In this document: in pieces, positions 47,704-62,700 of the stretch
Layout of the letters: each line of letters opens with the position of its first letter
Numbering within the stretch: position 1 is the stretch's first letter
NCBI GenBank assembly: GCA_965644295.1
Contig: CBFFRP010000400.1
Location: 62,001-126,000 of the forward strand
DNA length: 64,000 bases
Direction: 5' to 3'
Source: Paraphysomonas bandaiensis
Lineage: Eukaryota > Protista > Chrysophyceae
The notes under the pieces: generated by a model
Database searches by the model: none
Told to the model about the DNA's origin: nothing
The model's input: only the letters and a program-made list of their open reading frames with translations
Translations under genes and position numbers: made by a program

Positions 47704-50700
47704 ATGTCATCTAAATCACAGTTTTGTTGGATTCCAGATGAAGATAATGTATATCGTATTGCTGAAATTATATCTGGTTATGGTACAGATGAATATAAGA
47801 TCAGAGTTGTAGATGGTACAACGGCTGCAACTGCTAAGCGCCCATCTGCTCCAGTTTCTGTTAAGGCATCAAAGACCTTTCCAATAGATTCTATGGAAGA
47901 ACTATCAGATCCGCCATCAGATTTGATTCGACTTACTGATGTCCATCGCCCTGGTATATTACATACATTACGAACCCGATTCGATAGAGATATAATATAC
48001 ACTAGTATTGGTCCGATATTAATCGCTCTAAACCCTTTTCGATGGATCCCCGGCTTGTATGACGATGACGTCAAAATGAAGTATCACAAAGAGGCTCTCA
48101 ATCTGTCTGATAATCCTCATGTCTTCGCAGTGGCTCATGACTCTCTTATGGGCTTACAGTTTGGTAAGAATCAAAGTCTAGTCATTAGTGGCGAATCAGG
48201 TGCAGGAAAGACAGAAGCAACTAAGCAGTGCTTAAATTATCTCGCCGCAGTTGCCGGATCAAGTTCAGGTGTACATGATAGAATTTTGCTTGCCAATCCT
48301 ATACTTGAAAGTTGGGGTAACGCCAAAACGCTCAGAAATAATAACTCTTCTCGATTCGGTAAATTCATTGAGATATTGATTGCGAGGAGTGGTGAGATTG
48401 TTGGATCATCTAACACCACATATTTACTGGAAAAATCACGTGTTGTGTTTCAAGAGAAGGGGGAAAGAAGCTATCATATTTTTTATCAATTCTTGTTTGG
48501 AGGTCCGACTGATCTTATTGAAGAGTTTGGTCTGGTGCGAATGAGGGATCATCCAGAAGAAGTCAGTTATATCAATCAGAGTGGGTGTCTCCGAATCGAT
48601 GGCATAGATGATAAGGCCGAATTCGACGAGGTAGAAAAAGCACAAAATGTAATTGGGTTTGGAGAAGAATATAAAACTCTGCTAAGAATTGTGGCTGGTA
48701 TTTTACATCTTGGTAATATTCACTTCGGTGAAAATCCGAATGACTCGGAAGAGTCGGTAATAGTTAATCAGTCCGAGAACCACCTCGAGAAGGCTATACA
48801 CCTTTTTGGGGTAGACAAATCTACGTTTCCGCGCTCATTACTATTTAAGACAGTGCGCTCAGGGAGTAAGCGCAAGTCTGTCAGCTTTAGTCCGTATTCT
48901 CCATTGGCAGCATCGGAGAACCGCAATGCCCTCGCGAAAGCGATTTATAGTCGATGTTTCGATTTTATCGTAGAAAGGATAAACTCATCGATCAACGCAG
49001 ATCCAGAGAGTCTGGCGTCTATACAGACTAGCATGATCGGCGTGCTTGATATATTTGGTTTTGAAATATTTCAGAAGGTAAGACGACTTTTTTAATGTAC
49101 TTATTGTATGATGGTGATGACAGAATTCCTTCGAACAATTATGCATCAATCTCGCGAATGAAGCCCTTCAGCGGCACTTCAACATCCACATATTTCAAAC
49201 TGAGATGGAGATTTATATGTCTGAAGACATTGTCATTCCAAATCTTACATACAATGATAACCAAGATGTTTTGGATTTGTTGATTAAGAAGCCCAAGGGT
49301 CTCATACCTATGCTCGATGAGGAAGGGCAAGTTCCTCGAGGGTCTTGGGAAGGATTTTTGAACAAGTTCACAAAGCATCACTCCGGCACAAGCAAAAGAT
49401 TAAAATTTCGGCCTGGGTCGAAGGTATTCTCGCTTATACATTACGCTGGAGAGGTTGTATATGAACCATCCCAATTTATTTCGAAGAATAAGGACACCCT
49501 CTCTGCTGATCTTGTGGAGGCTATGGCAACATCATCTGTTCCACTTTTAGCAAACATATTCAGCGAACTTGTTGATTATTCCAATTCTGTTGGTCGTTCG
49601 TCTACGCTATCATCCAAACAAACAGTTGGAACAAAGTTTAGAGTTCAATTAGATTCTTTAATGACAACTCTAAATGCTACAGAACCACGTTATATTCGCT
49701 GCATCAAGCCAAACGCGCTGAAGAAAGGAGGGATATTTGAGGCAGCGCTGACGAATGAACAGCTTACTTATAGTGGTGTTTTTGAGGCGGTGATAATCAT
49801 GCAAAATGGATACCCTTTTCGGTTAAGTCATCGCGAATTTCGAAACCGTTATCATATGCTTGTCCGTCATCCAGAACAACGCCAAAGAATATTTGGGTCA
49901 GAAACAGATACTTGTGGACGACTGGAGCTCCAAGCACTCGGCGATATTTTGTCTGAGCAAAGCAACTCACTGAAGGAGTGTCATGTTGGAAGGACAATGG
50001 TATTTTACCGTGTGGAGCAACATCGTGAGCTAGAATCATTACGTAAATGTGTTGTTGACTCTGCTTTGCGTATACTACAGAGAAACTTACGAGGTTATGT
50101 TGCGAGGAATTTGTATGTTCGTGTGCGTGACGCAATCCACATATGCACAAGGGCTATTTTTAAAAGGAACGTTGTACTTATGAATTCTTCAGTCTCGACA
50201 CTGCAGGAAATGCGTGAACGTGTATTGACTGTGTATTCTATTGATTTGGGTGTACAGGAATGTTGTAGTGTTGCGAATGGGTATGCGGAAGCCATAGAGT
50301 CTGAGAAAGTACTTGTTCAGACGATATCAGCGTATATGGATGACGAAGCCGACATATTTCAAGTGTTCGATGCTCTAAGTGAGGCTGTTGCAGAAGCGAA
50401 GTCTCTCCACTTTCATGCGACACTAAATGGAGTTAATATTTCTGTTGAATGGGATAAAAATCCGCTGTTTGTTAATGCTGATAAAAAGGTGGAAAAGTAT
50501 AGGAAAATAATTGATATCAAAACGAATTTAGATAGAGGAGTTTTGGAGAATGATGAGATTACACTTAACCACTGGTTGCAGAAATTGGAGGAATGTAGAG
50601 TGAGTGGGGAAGTAGACCCAAGGTTTTGTAAGGAGGAAGAAAGTATGGCTAAGGCTACGGTGAAAACTGCCCAAGAAATCTATTCTGCGTTTTTAGCGTC

Positions 50701-53700
50701 AGTTAATAATGCTATTTTGACTGGCAGACTTACTTATAAAATTCCGCCGCCCTCTAGCGACGTTTCAAGTTTTGAAGATATGATAAAAATAAAGGCAGAT
50801 GTTGACCCTTCTGATATTAAAAAGTTTCTTTCAGATTTCGATAAAATGGAAAGCCAAAATAATGCTCGACTTGAAAAGGATCGTAGCAGTGCACGATCAT
50901 CCATGCAAATGGCTCGTCTCTTGCAAGTGTGTAGGGAGCTCTGTACTTTAAGAGAAGCAGCATTTGTAAGTGACTGGGAAACTGTATGGAAATCACTGTC
51001 CATTTGGAAGAATTATCTGCAAACCTTTTCGATAAATCTACATGGAGGCGCGGAAAACGACGTTGACGAGCTGCAAGTACTACCTGTTGTTGTCGAAGTT
51101 GAATCAGCCTTGCGTGATGAAATTCGTGCCTTTTTTATTTGTGCGATTGCGAAAGTAAAATTCGAGAGCTTGGCTGTTGAATTACGAAGAGATTGTATTC
51201 CCCCTATACCACAACTGGAAATGCCCAGTGTGGATCTGTCTGAATTGAGCACATTGGTAGAATTCGTAAGTACTACAGATTGTGTCAACTTGATGTGTGC
51301 TCAGCTATGCCACGCTCTCGAGTTTGCTGCGTCCAAGGTGCGCCTGAGGAAGGCTATTGTTTCAATTGACAAGGGGTGCTTATGCAGTATTTTGGAAAGT
51401 AGTGAAACGCCGCTGCCACCATCTGATGAGGACATGTTGAAAGGTAGGGTGTGGCTGGCGTTTTATAATTGTGTCGACGATATTCGACATGTCCTTCGAA
51501 ATGATGGACCAAAGGGACCACCGGGACATTTAGATATGCTCGGTGTGTCTATTGGTGCGCTACAGCGGACACTACAGATGTGCATTTCTATAAAAGTCGA
51601 GCCCCAGGAAAAATGGGACGGTATTATTTCTGCAGTAGAAGCACTGTGTCGAGTTCGTGCATCATTGTGTGATGGTGACAATGTTAAGTCATCCTCCTTA
51701 ATATCACACATGATGAATTCATCTAGCGAAAGTCGTATCTTTTCAATATCGTATGATGGTGCTGATGGTAGTGAGTCTGACCTATTTATGGAAGTGCTTG
51801 GATTAGTTAAAAATGAAATCATGTTGTGCAAGCGGGAACTTGATCATTTGAAAGCTGTGCAAGATCTAGTTGACGCAATTTCGCAAGGTTCTGTACACGG
51901 CGAGGTCGGGGCACTTGATATACAATCAGTTCAAGCTGATTCACTGCGAGAAGCTGTTTCATCGTGCCGAAATTCTTTAATATATTCCGATGAGATCGTT
52001 CAACTGGTGCAGGATTGTGAATTGTTAATAACACTTAGGTCGTGTGTCATGTCGTCTGAATGGGATTATCTGCTTCGGTTAGCTGGTGATTTGTATGAAA
52101 CCAGTAACGGTTTTTCTAGTACTCACGAATATGTAAAGTCTGAGTTTGAAGTAATATTTGGCGAAGCACAAGATTTGCAGGCCAGAAAAAAAATGGAAAT
52201 TGCACTTGCTGAAAACGCGCTCTATGTAGGCGATGATGATGAGCTTCATATGATAGAATCTGTGAAGCCTTGGGAAAATTTGAGGAATTCTATTCTGTTT
52301 AGTAAGAGTCAGAAGAGTCTATCGTTCGAGGCTAAATTTTTGCTCGCTAATTCTATTTTGGTATTTGCACTGCGAGAATGTGTTCGGAAGTGCTTGTGGG
52401 AAGATGAATATTTACTACTTCAGGGCGTACGAACTTCAGATATAGCATTCAAACTGACTGAGAATTGCAAGATTTGGAGCGATGAAGAGGTTAAGGGTGT
52501 TATTGTTAAATTAATGGCAACCCAACGACGACAATATTTGGATAACATCGAAAGCATCTTTGGTTTTGATAACCAGTCTTATGATGAGATAAGATCTGAT
52601 ATTGATGTTAATGTAAATTTATTGTTAGCACATGCTCAAGCTATCGAAATTCACGACTGTGCGTACGATGAAATAGCTCTTATTCGTAGAGTTGCAATAG
52701 AACGTCGATGTCGTGCAGTCATCGTTCTTGCGGCATCAGTTGATCGCATAGAAGGAACAGTGGAGTGTGTGGATAATTCCCGTGTTGGTATTGACATTTT
52801 GCTTCAGTGTTTGGCGTATGTGAAACTCTATTCTTCTCAGACTTCCGAATTATTGCGATTATGGTCAGATGCTGCTATGGATATTTTAAATTTTCGCATT
52901 ATTGTTGGTGATAAAGCTACACAAGAAGTAAATGTTGATTTGAGCAGCTATATCACAACGGAAGACCTTTTGCGGTGTGAGAATATTGTACGTCTAGCTG
53001 ACGAATCTGACGAGTTTGATAAAAATTTGCGTGGATTTCCAGTTAGCGAACTAAAACTTGTTGTTGAGCATGTGTATGATTGCTTAAGTATCGAAGCGCT
53101 AGCCGATTCGTTACATCTCGGAAGGCCGCAGTTTTACAATGGAAAATTTGACACACAACATGTCGAATATAATCATGTCATAAATGCACTCGAGGTTGCA
53201 AAGAAATGTCGAAATAGGTCGGATCGTTTAGACCGATTGATGTTTTATGCAGAGTTGTGTGTAATGCTTCGTAAGGCCATTATAAGCCACAAATGGGATT
53301 TAAGCGAGAGTGGTCAGCGCACGCACCCAGTGGATAATGGACGTGGTGTCGGAGTAAAACAATGTTTGTTTGAGTATGAGCAATCACTCAAGTTTTTTCA
53401 ACGTAAAATGGAGGGCATTCCACCTGCCACTGTTACGGATGAATTTATTTTGACCCAAAGAGAGTGGGAGAGACGCCTTATTTTGCAAGGATACCCAGCA
53501 GCTTTGCAGGCAGGAAAAATTGGCGGAACGAACGGAAATCTTCTGCTCCATGAAGTTAAATATCAGCGACTTGCTGATCAAATAGATCTAACTCGATCTT
53601 GGTTTGAGCAGACTCAGGTAAAGGACCCTGACCTTGATTTACTTGTGAAGGCAGGACAAGAAATCGTGAATGTTCGAAAACGTTGTCTTGAAGTTCATGC

Positions 53701-56700
53701 TAAGTATAAGCGCGAGGTTGTGTTTCGGAAACCCACTAATTCTATTCGTGAGATTGTGTTATCGGATTTCATTTCAGAAGCAATATTTACTGCACTGGAA
53801 AAAGTGGAAGGACTGCTTGTCTACCCTTATCCGATGACAACTGAGTGGAAATTAGTTGATCAAGCTGTTTCGAAAATGGAGATATCGGGCCGTTTGGAGG
53901 CAACTCGCATGCAAGTTGAACTCCTTGGGACAGAAACTTTCGAACGGAATTTTAACGGGAATTGTATTAGAATATTTCACAATTTAAACGACTCTAAGTA
54001 CTCCCCACCTCATGACGATGATGTCAAGCACATTCTAAGTGAGTTGAGAGCCTCATGTCAGTCTTTCCGAGCCAGAGCATCAGAATTAAGTTTACATGCG
54101 TCCATAAAGCCCAGCGAAACATCTGAGTTTTTGTATATTTCCTGTGTTGTGTTAATACACTTGCTTGCTGCGGAGTCTGCAGGCAAGTACGAGCATTTTC
54201 AGCGCTCATGGTTGAGTAGTGGACCTGATAATCAGGCTGATACCACACCAAGCATTTCGAAGTTGTGCTCAAATATTGTGACGAAAACTTATAATGTACA
54301 GAGCGTGTTGCGAGCGGTGGCTGAAATGCCTAAAATTCACCCATGCGTCATGAATCAGATTTTGCGGGTTACCAAACATGTGGAAGATGAAATCACTTCT
54401 TTAGAATTATCTCAAGCTTTGTCGGAGGGAGCTGTTACTGGTTGTGTTGGGCATGTTCGTCATGATCGAATATCGTCTGTTGCTTTAGCGAGTGCTCTTG
54501 ATAGAGCGATTATGTTCGCCGTTACTGACGAACACTCTGAGAGAGATCGCTGTGCATCTCCAGCGACTGGTGGTGTGGTATCGAGAAAGTCTTCGGTATG
54601 GAAATGCAGGAATACGGAGGCCTTTGGCAGAAGAGGAAGTGTTCGTTACAGCGCATTCAGAAAATCTGCGCGCTTTCGTTACAGTTCTCGATACACATCG
54701 AACCAAATTGCGTATATCGAAATGAAGGCTGGTCTTAAAGAAGCTGTAGCCACTGGGGATGTAGGTGGTGTTGTATACAACGATATTTCTGATAATATTT
54801 TAAAATCTGCGTTGACTATATCTGAAGTGCAGTCAGCCCATCGTCCGGATGTAGTTCATCTTCGTCATACCTGTGAAATCGTATGCGAGCTCAGAGATGC
54901 GCTGGCCATGAAGAACTATCAGAAAGCTTTTGATATAATTAATGATAATATCGGACAGGAGGGGCAAACATTTAAAGAGCTTCTTAGGACGATATATGCT
55001 GCTGATTTTGCAATACATCCACTTGCGGTGGAAGAGTTTTCTCTTATTGCTCTGGAGACATGTGAAAGCTATTGGAGGTTTGCTGCAAAGAGAGCTTTAA
55101 TTAGAGGCTGTGTTACAGGATCACGTTGTTGCTTTCAAATGTCTGAAGTTAACTGCGAATCTATCGACGAGGTGTTGAATATGATTGAAGGGCTCGTTGA
55201 TGTCAGCCGTGCGTCAATTATTGTCAGGGAAGTGTGTTTTATGATAAAACATATGCGAAAGAGTGTCATAAATGCAATTGTATCTCATGAATTGGAAGAC
55301 GAGTTTTATCAAAAGAGGAAGGAGAAGATTCCTGATATTGCGTCGAATAAATTGGCAGCCTTATTGAAGCTCGGTTTTGTAGATGATGCGATCAATAATG
55401 CTCTCTTGGTTGTGAGAGCCCTGTCTCCTTTGTCTTACAGAGATATTATAAAAACCAATTATGCTAAGTTCGTAACGATTGAGAATATAGTTGACCATGC
55501 TAGAGAAAGCGTTAGAGTGATTCATGACGATGATTTGGTCGACACCCATCGTAAAATATTACTTGATGAATGCGACTTGATATCTTCGTTTTGTCGATTC
55601 TACTCTGTGATGCTTGCATTAGAGCGGCTTATGAATACGGAAGCTGTGTGGTTTTCTTATTCCTCTAGCCGATTAGAAATGGATAAAAACATAAAAGGCT
55701 TGCTATCGAAGGCCGTTCAAGATGCAGTGGAGTTAAGATTGGATGCTGATATTCCTGCAGAGCGTATCTGGTTTAACATCTTGGCTGTCGCTCAGTCTCT
55801 TTGGCATGTAGTCGAAGTCTGCCAAACAGATAAAGACCAATCGTCAGAATATTGCGTAGGTACTGAGTACTTTTCTTCTATGGTTGTTCCACAAATGGTT
55901 GTATTTTGTGAAACGGTATCGTCAGTAGAGGAGACAGACTTCTTTTTACCAGCTGCGGTTGTAGCCCAGCGTGCTCATATTAGTAATGCCTTACGAGACC
56001 ACTCGAACTACTGCTATTTGAAGGAATTAGTCAGCGATTCTTCATTTTTTGCTGTACGACTATCAGGCGATGATTCTGATCAAACTCATCGTTATATTGA
56101 ACCAATTTCTGTCTCGAGTTATTCCGCAGATCACCCGGATTTAACATATAAAAAGGTCCATGATATAGAAATGCACTCATTTGCTGGAAGCACGATTAAA
56201 TCTCTAACTGAGCTGCACCTGAAAATGCGAGCTTGTATAATGGAAGAGCAGTGGGCTGATGCAGAAGTATATGCCAACAGTATTCTTTTGGAGCAGTTTA
56301 TTGAAATTGAATTCGAGGAAGCAAACATGGTTTTACAATACTGTAGGACGCTAACGGCTCGAAAGCGAATCGAACAAGGTTTGGTAAACTGTGTTTTCCC
56401 GCCAGTGCCTGGGTGGTCTGATTTTTCCACTGCCTCTGCTCTTGCATTTGGCATAGTGGACCTTCCCCTACGTGCTGGTATGGATGCTGTAACTGGTGAA
56501 TTATCTTCTGTTGGTGGCAAGGCTACTATTGATTTCAGGCACCCTTCCTTAGCCGAGCTGATGGAATTGGGACGGTGTGTATTATCATTGGTTTGTGCTG
56601 TAAGAAGGCGTACTTGGGGAGCTGAATATATAGACGACGATACTTCCGGTGATGGACTACACGAATCTACTTTCCGAGAGGATATGTTTACGAAGTTATT

Positions 56701-59700
56701 TCCGATGGATTCTTCATCTGCCCCTGTTATTGCCACAGAGCGTTTGCATGAAGCATACAGAGAAGCTTTCAGATTTGAAGAACGTGACATTACCGTCAGA
56801 TCAGCTTTACAACATCTACAAACCGCATTACGCCAATGTGTGTTTCTGTCAGAATCTGTCAGAGCGTATTTAGATTTTATGGTACACTCTGCGAGTGTTG
56901 AGCAACGAATATTCGAGTTATACAAAATTGTAAGAGACGCTTTATGTCAACAAAAGGTTTTGGGAATTCCAGGTTATCTTAAGTGTTCCCAAGATGCCTA
57001 TGATGCTGTTTCTTCTGCTGTGAAGCGGTTGGAAAACGAAAAACCAATACTGAGTCAGAGTATTGGTCTTAAGCGGGCATTTCAGTCTTTAAAGTTATGC
57101 AGAGCTGCGCGTTCAGCTGTGTTGAAACAAGACTGGTACGCACTGGGCCCAATCATGCATCTGTATCACTTCATGGTTAGGGTTGATATAGCTGAGGGTG
57201 ACAATCAATGTGCTGAATTAATGCATTTGCCTATCCTATCTGACTCAGATTTACTAAGACAAAGTAGTAAAAGCTTCGACAATTCTGTTTATTCTTCAAT
57301 AAAAACTTTTTCTGAGTACTCTGTTCAAGCAACTCAACATTCTTCGGACAAGAAGTTTACCAGTGACAAGAAATTGGAGGAGTATTCTCAATGTTTGTTG
57401 GATGTGTCGGATACGCGTGAGCTCTTGCAACCACTGACAGATATTGATAACGAATTGCGTGTCCTGGAAAAGCACTTCTATTTTGAAAAAGCTTGTCACC
57501 TTTTTGCAGTTGCTTTGGAACGAACTCCTGCTCAAGGTGACCCGGGAGAATTGCGCAAAGACAGTATAGAATACAATCGCTTCTACCAGGTTAATGAGCT
57601 GTTGCGTGATAGTGGTCTGCTCCAGTATGAATCTGGTCAGCGATTACTTCAGGCAAGCTCTGCAATGATTAACTTACGTGTCAGTCAACGGAGCGGCCGA
57701 ATTGAGGACATAAAGGTAGCACTTCAGAAATGTAAAGAAGTTATGGACGAAGAAAAGCAGACAGTACTCCAACAAACTGCTTCTGCCGGAGTATCCCAGT
57801 CGGTAAGTCGGAAGTACATAAGTGAGGCTGCGGGTGAGATAGATACCGCATCTTCGGATTTCGTGCAGTTAGAAATTGTACAGCTGCTGTACAAAGCAAT
57901 CATATCTGATATGCTTCCAATGAGTAACGAATTAACTGCGGTTGTGGCCTTGACTCCGCAGACAGAAACACTTGAGGTCGAAGGCGCCGCGTCTACTGAT
58001 ATCACTACGGAATTGTCAAATGCCATTCGGGATAGTATAAAACGAGGGGTAACTTCGAATCGAGGACGCATACTTTTAAACACAGCTCGCCTAGTCATGA
58101 ATATTCGGAAGTATGTATTAAACAGAGACTGGGCTGACTTGCGTGCACTGTTTTCCGAATACGACATGGAAGATAAAGGTTCATATGATCGCATTGCAAT
58201 TGACGAAGTGGAATGTGCGAGACGGTTGATGTTGGTGTCATGTGCGGTTGAATTGGCGAAAGAGGCTGTTGACACTAATAGAATCAGAGGACTTATAGGT
58301 GAAATAGATATATCAGCTGTGAGTGTTGTTGCTCTTGAGAGAGCGTGCGAACAATTTGATGAGGTTAAGAGCGAATGGCGAACTAAGGCCATTCTTCCTT
58401 ATTATGTATCATGTACATCTCTGATGCCTATTCGAAACTATGCACTGAAGGAAGATTGGTCTGCAGTATATGACTGCGCCACTGTTGCTCTTGAGAAGTC
58501 AAAGGGGGTTTTCCAGCTTACTCCCAATGCTCAATTAGAGATTCAATTGGCGCATGATCACGCTGGATACGTGATCAGTCGTAGAGTTCTAGTTGATGCG
58601 CTCTCCAACGGTAGAATGGAAGGTGACGTAGGAGAAATAAATACGGCATGCATATCGTCGACGGTTGTTGAAGAAGCTATAAATATATGTCGCAATATTG
58701 GAATTGATCACCCAGATATTGAGCGCTTGGAAGCATATGCAAGGATTATTTATGATCTTAGATGTGCCCAGCAGATAGGTTGCTGGATGTCCGATCCAAG
58801 TAATGTGGAGGACACACCTGAAAGAGTGCTCCTTCCTGATACAGATACAATGGTCACGACCATGTCGTTGTATCCTATTTCTAGGTTCCCTAATACAACT
58901 ACACCTATGGGATTGTCCAACTGTACTACGACGCTTGAAAGGTATCTACAATATTCATGTCGTGGCTGTACCCCCACAAGCAATATCTCTATTTCGCACG
59001 AGTATGGTAGCATTGGCTGGTTAATTGATAATGCAACCGTTGACAGTGATGCTTGCCGTCTTGTTGGAGATGGTACAACCGCTAAAGTGCACTCCGTTCA
59101 AGATGTACTGGACGGTGCGGCTTATCTTGAAAGAGCACTTGGAATTGCAGAAGAAGCTTTTCCTGAAATAGCATTTGCCAGGGAAGAATTTAACTATCGC
59201 CATATCGTACACATGCTTCTCTCGTCAGTGTGCACCGCAGGGTTCAAAGGCATGCCAGGAAACTTAGATTCAAGTGAGCTAGATTTGTATCCACTTGAAC
59301 GTGCGATTGCATACGCTGAAGCTAATCCTGATGTTAGCAGTAGAGGGACATGTCGATGGATTCTGCGAGATGCAAGAATACTGTATGATGTGCGGAGGAG
59401 TCGGCACTCAAAGAATTGGAACGAACTCAACCATGCTATCAAGAAAGCTGCAGATGCACATACTCTAATACCCCCTCGTCCCGTTCAATTGAATGAATAC
59501 GGAGAAGAGTTTCTACCAGAGCCAATAATTCCATCTGTATGGAAAGAAATTTTGTTAGTGAGAGCTGATATGTTGTTTTACACTTGTTTATCTGAGTTTG
59601 CCCAAGAGATGACAAACAGATCCATAAAAGATACCAAGCGTCTGGGAAATGTCAGTACCAAAAAAGAAGAAACGGCTTTGTTGACTGAATTACTTCGAGT

Positions 59701-62700
59701 TATTTTGAAAACTCAAGCTGCTTCCAAGTTGTACCCGTCCACGGAATTTGACCGACTTCTGGAAGCTGAACATGCAGCACTGGAACTTAGAACACATATG
59801 ACGTTTGACTCTACTGTGTCTCCTCGTAAGATCATCATGAACGTTGTAGATATAAAAGAAAGAGATAAAAAGAACGGTGTCACATCGTATATTTCCTTGC
59901 TGATGCCGGACATATCACAACTTTCGGACGTTTTAGATACAGAACAATTGGTGGACGTGTTGGAGAAATCAATTATGAAGGATCAGGGTTACTTGCGTTG
60001 CCCTATCGGACACATTGATGTCAGTGAAATTGATTTGGAGTATATTCGCTTAGCAATTCAGTCAGCTATGCCACTACTTAATGTCACGGGTTCGAAAGAG
60101 CATTTGAGTTTGCTTAGTCTTGTGACAGCCATGTTGGCCATTCGCACCGAAGTGGTAGCAAAGAAATGGAATCGTGTCGTAGATCTGATCGATTCACACG
60201 AATCCCTTCTGAGTCTTCACCCTACGCTGGTATCAGAAGAGATATCTCGTTTAGTTGTGGAGGCGGAAAACGATGACGCATGCGAACATATGCGTCGTGC
60301 CTTGGAGCAAGGCCGTTTGACCAATGTTTTAGCACTTGTGAAAAGAATCAGTCGCCATCGCTCGGCGTCAATGACAGCTATTATGGAACCTAGTGTTAAA
60401 ATAGGTTTCAATGATTTCTCTGGCAGCTCACCCATGGGAGTGCTGCAACTTGGAAAATCGACGCCAGATGACGGAGATGAGCTGTTTGTTGCCGATATTG
60501 ATAGAGCAATTGAAAGAGCAATTGCGATACGACATAAGTCAGATGTAACTTCGGCGATGCTTCGTGCCTCAGTCTTAATTAGGGCACTTCGTTCAGCAAT
60601 AGCTTCAGGTGACTGGGATGAAGTTCAGCAAATAGTATCTGAGGAATCAAATTATACCCGTATGCCACACTCGTCTATTGAAGAGATACGAGCGGCAAAA
60701 GCCGCATTACATTATCGTAACTGTATGTCTAATTTATCGAAGGGTTTAGTCACTGGTGCAGCTTCTGGCGTTCCTGGAAAAGTTAATATTTCAGTTGTTG
60801 ATTGCACAGCTTTACAAACTGCCATTAGTCAAGCCGAAGTGTTGGATATATCCGACCCGGCTACAGCTATTATGCTTGAAATTTCTCATAGAGTGTGTGA
60901 CCTCCGACATGCTGTTGTGTCTTCACATTGGTTCGAAGTAAGGCCGTTCGAGTCGATATCAAGCAATAAAGGCAGTGCAAAGAAAACGTCACCCCAAGAT
61001 TGCACAGAATCTAAAACATATATTCAGATAGATACAGCTGTACCGTTTTCCAATGATAGTGATATGAGTTGTGGTATAGAAAGCTCTATGAGCGATCAAG
61101 TGAATCGAGGAATGGAGTCTACTGACGCTAGTATAATGCATGACAAAGGGAGATCTGTAGAGTCTTTGCTTGCGGATTTTAAAGAGCGAATTTTCATTAT
61201 CTCTGACTTAAAAGCTATCTTGAATATGCGGACCACTCCTACTGCCGAAAGTGCCGGTGTCATTTCTGAAAGTGCGGATCCATTTGATTATATAGATGAT
61301 GACGTTGACACTGCTGACCCTAACGACTTTGAGGGGGGGGCTTCAAGTGCCCCTGATTGGGTCGAGCATCAGTTGCGTGCGATAAAGTCTGTTGTACAGG
61401 AAGTGAAGTTGTTGGATAGTGATTTAAGAGAGCGGAAGAGACAAGAATTGATCGTATCGGCACTAGAATCTATTCCAGTGCCGGTTCAACAATTCGGTCG
61501 AGGACGTATTGGACAACAAGCAAACGGAGAATTACCTGACGATGTCTTGTCAGCAGATCAAAACCCCCCTGAGCGAGATATCTTTCTTATTAAGCCATTG
61601 GAATATGCGATTGATATGGCAACCAATATTGAAGGTGATATACCACCTGAAACTGTCAAACTTCTAAAATCTGCAGAGCTAATCCTGCGATTTCGAAAAG
61701 CGATGCATACGTTTGAGATTAGTAACTTCAAACAGCTTCTTGATGAAGCGGCTACATTGACAAGTCGGAATATGCTATCTTTACATTACGGAGTGTACGA
61801 ATTGGACGCTTATCAATCTGCGACCATGACAGTTTCTTTAGCGAAAGCAGAGCTGATTAATGCCTTGAAATTGGGAAGAGTCAAAGGTTCACTGGAAAGA
61901 ATTAATACAGCTGAAATTGAGGTAGATTCACTTGAATTTTGGGTATCATCTTGTTCAAGCTTGATGGAAACCACAAAGGAGCTCTCGATGGGTCTTTTGG
62001 ATTCACTTCATGAAGCACAAGTCATGCTGGAGTTGCGAACATGCGTTAAGAATGATCAGTGGAGTAAAGTTGGAGAGTTATTGGACAAGTATTCGGATCA
62101 GTTCTATAAGTTCGAATTCGGGCTGGACGAAGTTCGGCATATCCAATTCGCGTCGAAGTATCGAGTAATATCATCGTCGATATCTGAACTAGTAGCTGAC
62201 GTATTGCCTGCTGGCAAGGATGAACAGTCAACGTTTGTTATTCTAAAAACGGATGCTTTGGAGCGGACACTACAATCCGCGGAAGCCATTTCGTTATATC
62301 TTGATTCCCTAAGGCAGGCTGATACTGGTAGCTGTGAGTACGAAGAGGATTCATCCTTGAAGCAAAAAGGAGAGAATGCTGCTGTAAATAAAAGTAAGTT
62401 TACAGAGCTGTGTGATGGCGCGAAGTGTGTACTGGAGTTGTGGAAAGCTATAAGAAATAAAGCATGGTGCGACGATAAAGTAGCGGCAGGTCAAGTGCAC
62501 CATTTTCCGCGGCCTAAAGATCCGTTTTTGCATGTATTTTTCGAAAGTATTCGGCAGCATGAAGTCGCTCAAAGGCTCGGCGGAGTACATGATCAACTTC
62601 AAGTTTTGAAAATTAACCCGGAAAAGAAAATAAGAAATATCAGGCAATCGATAAGGGCGTCAATTGCACTTCATGGGTTAGGACATTCCTTCACTGATAT

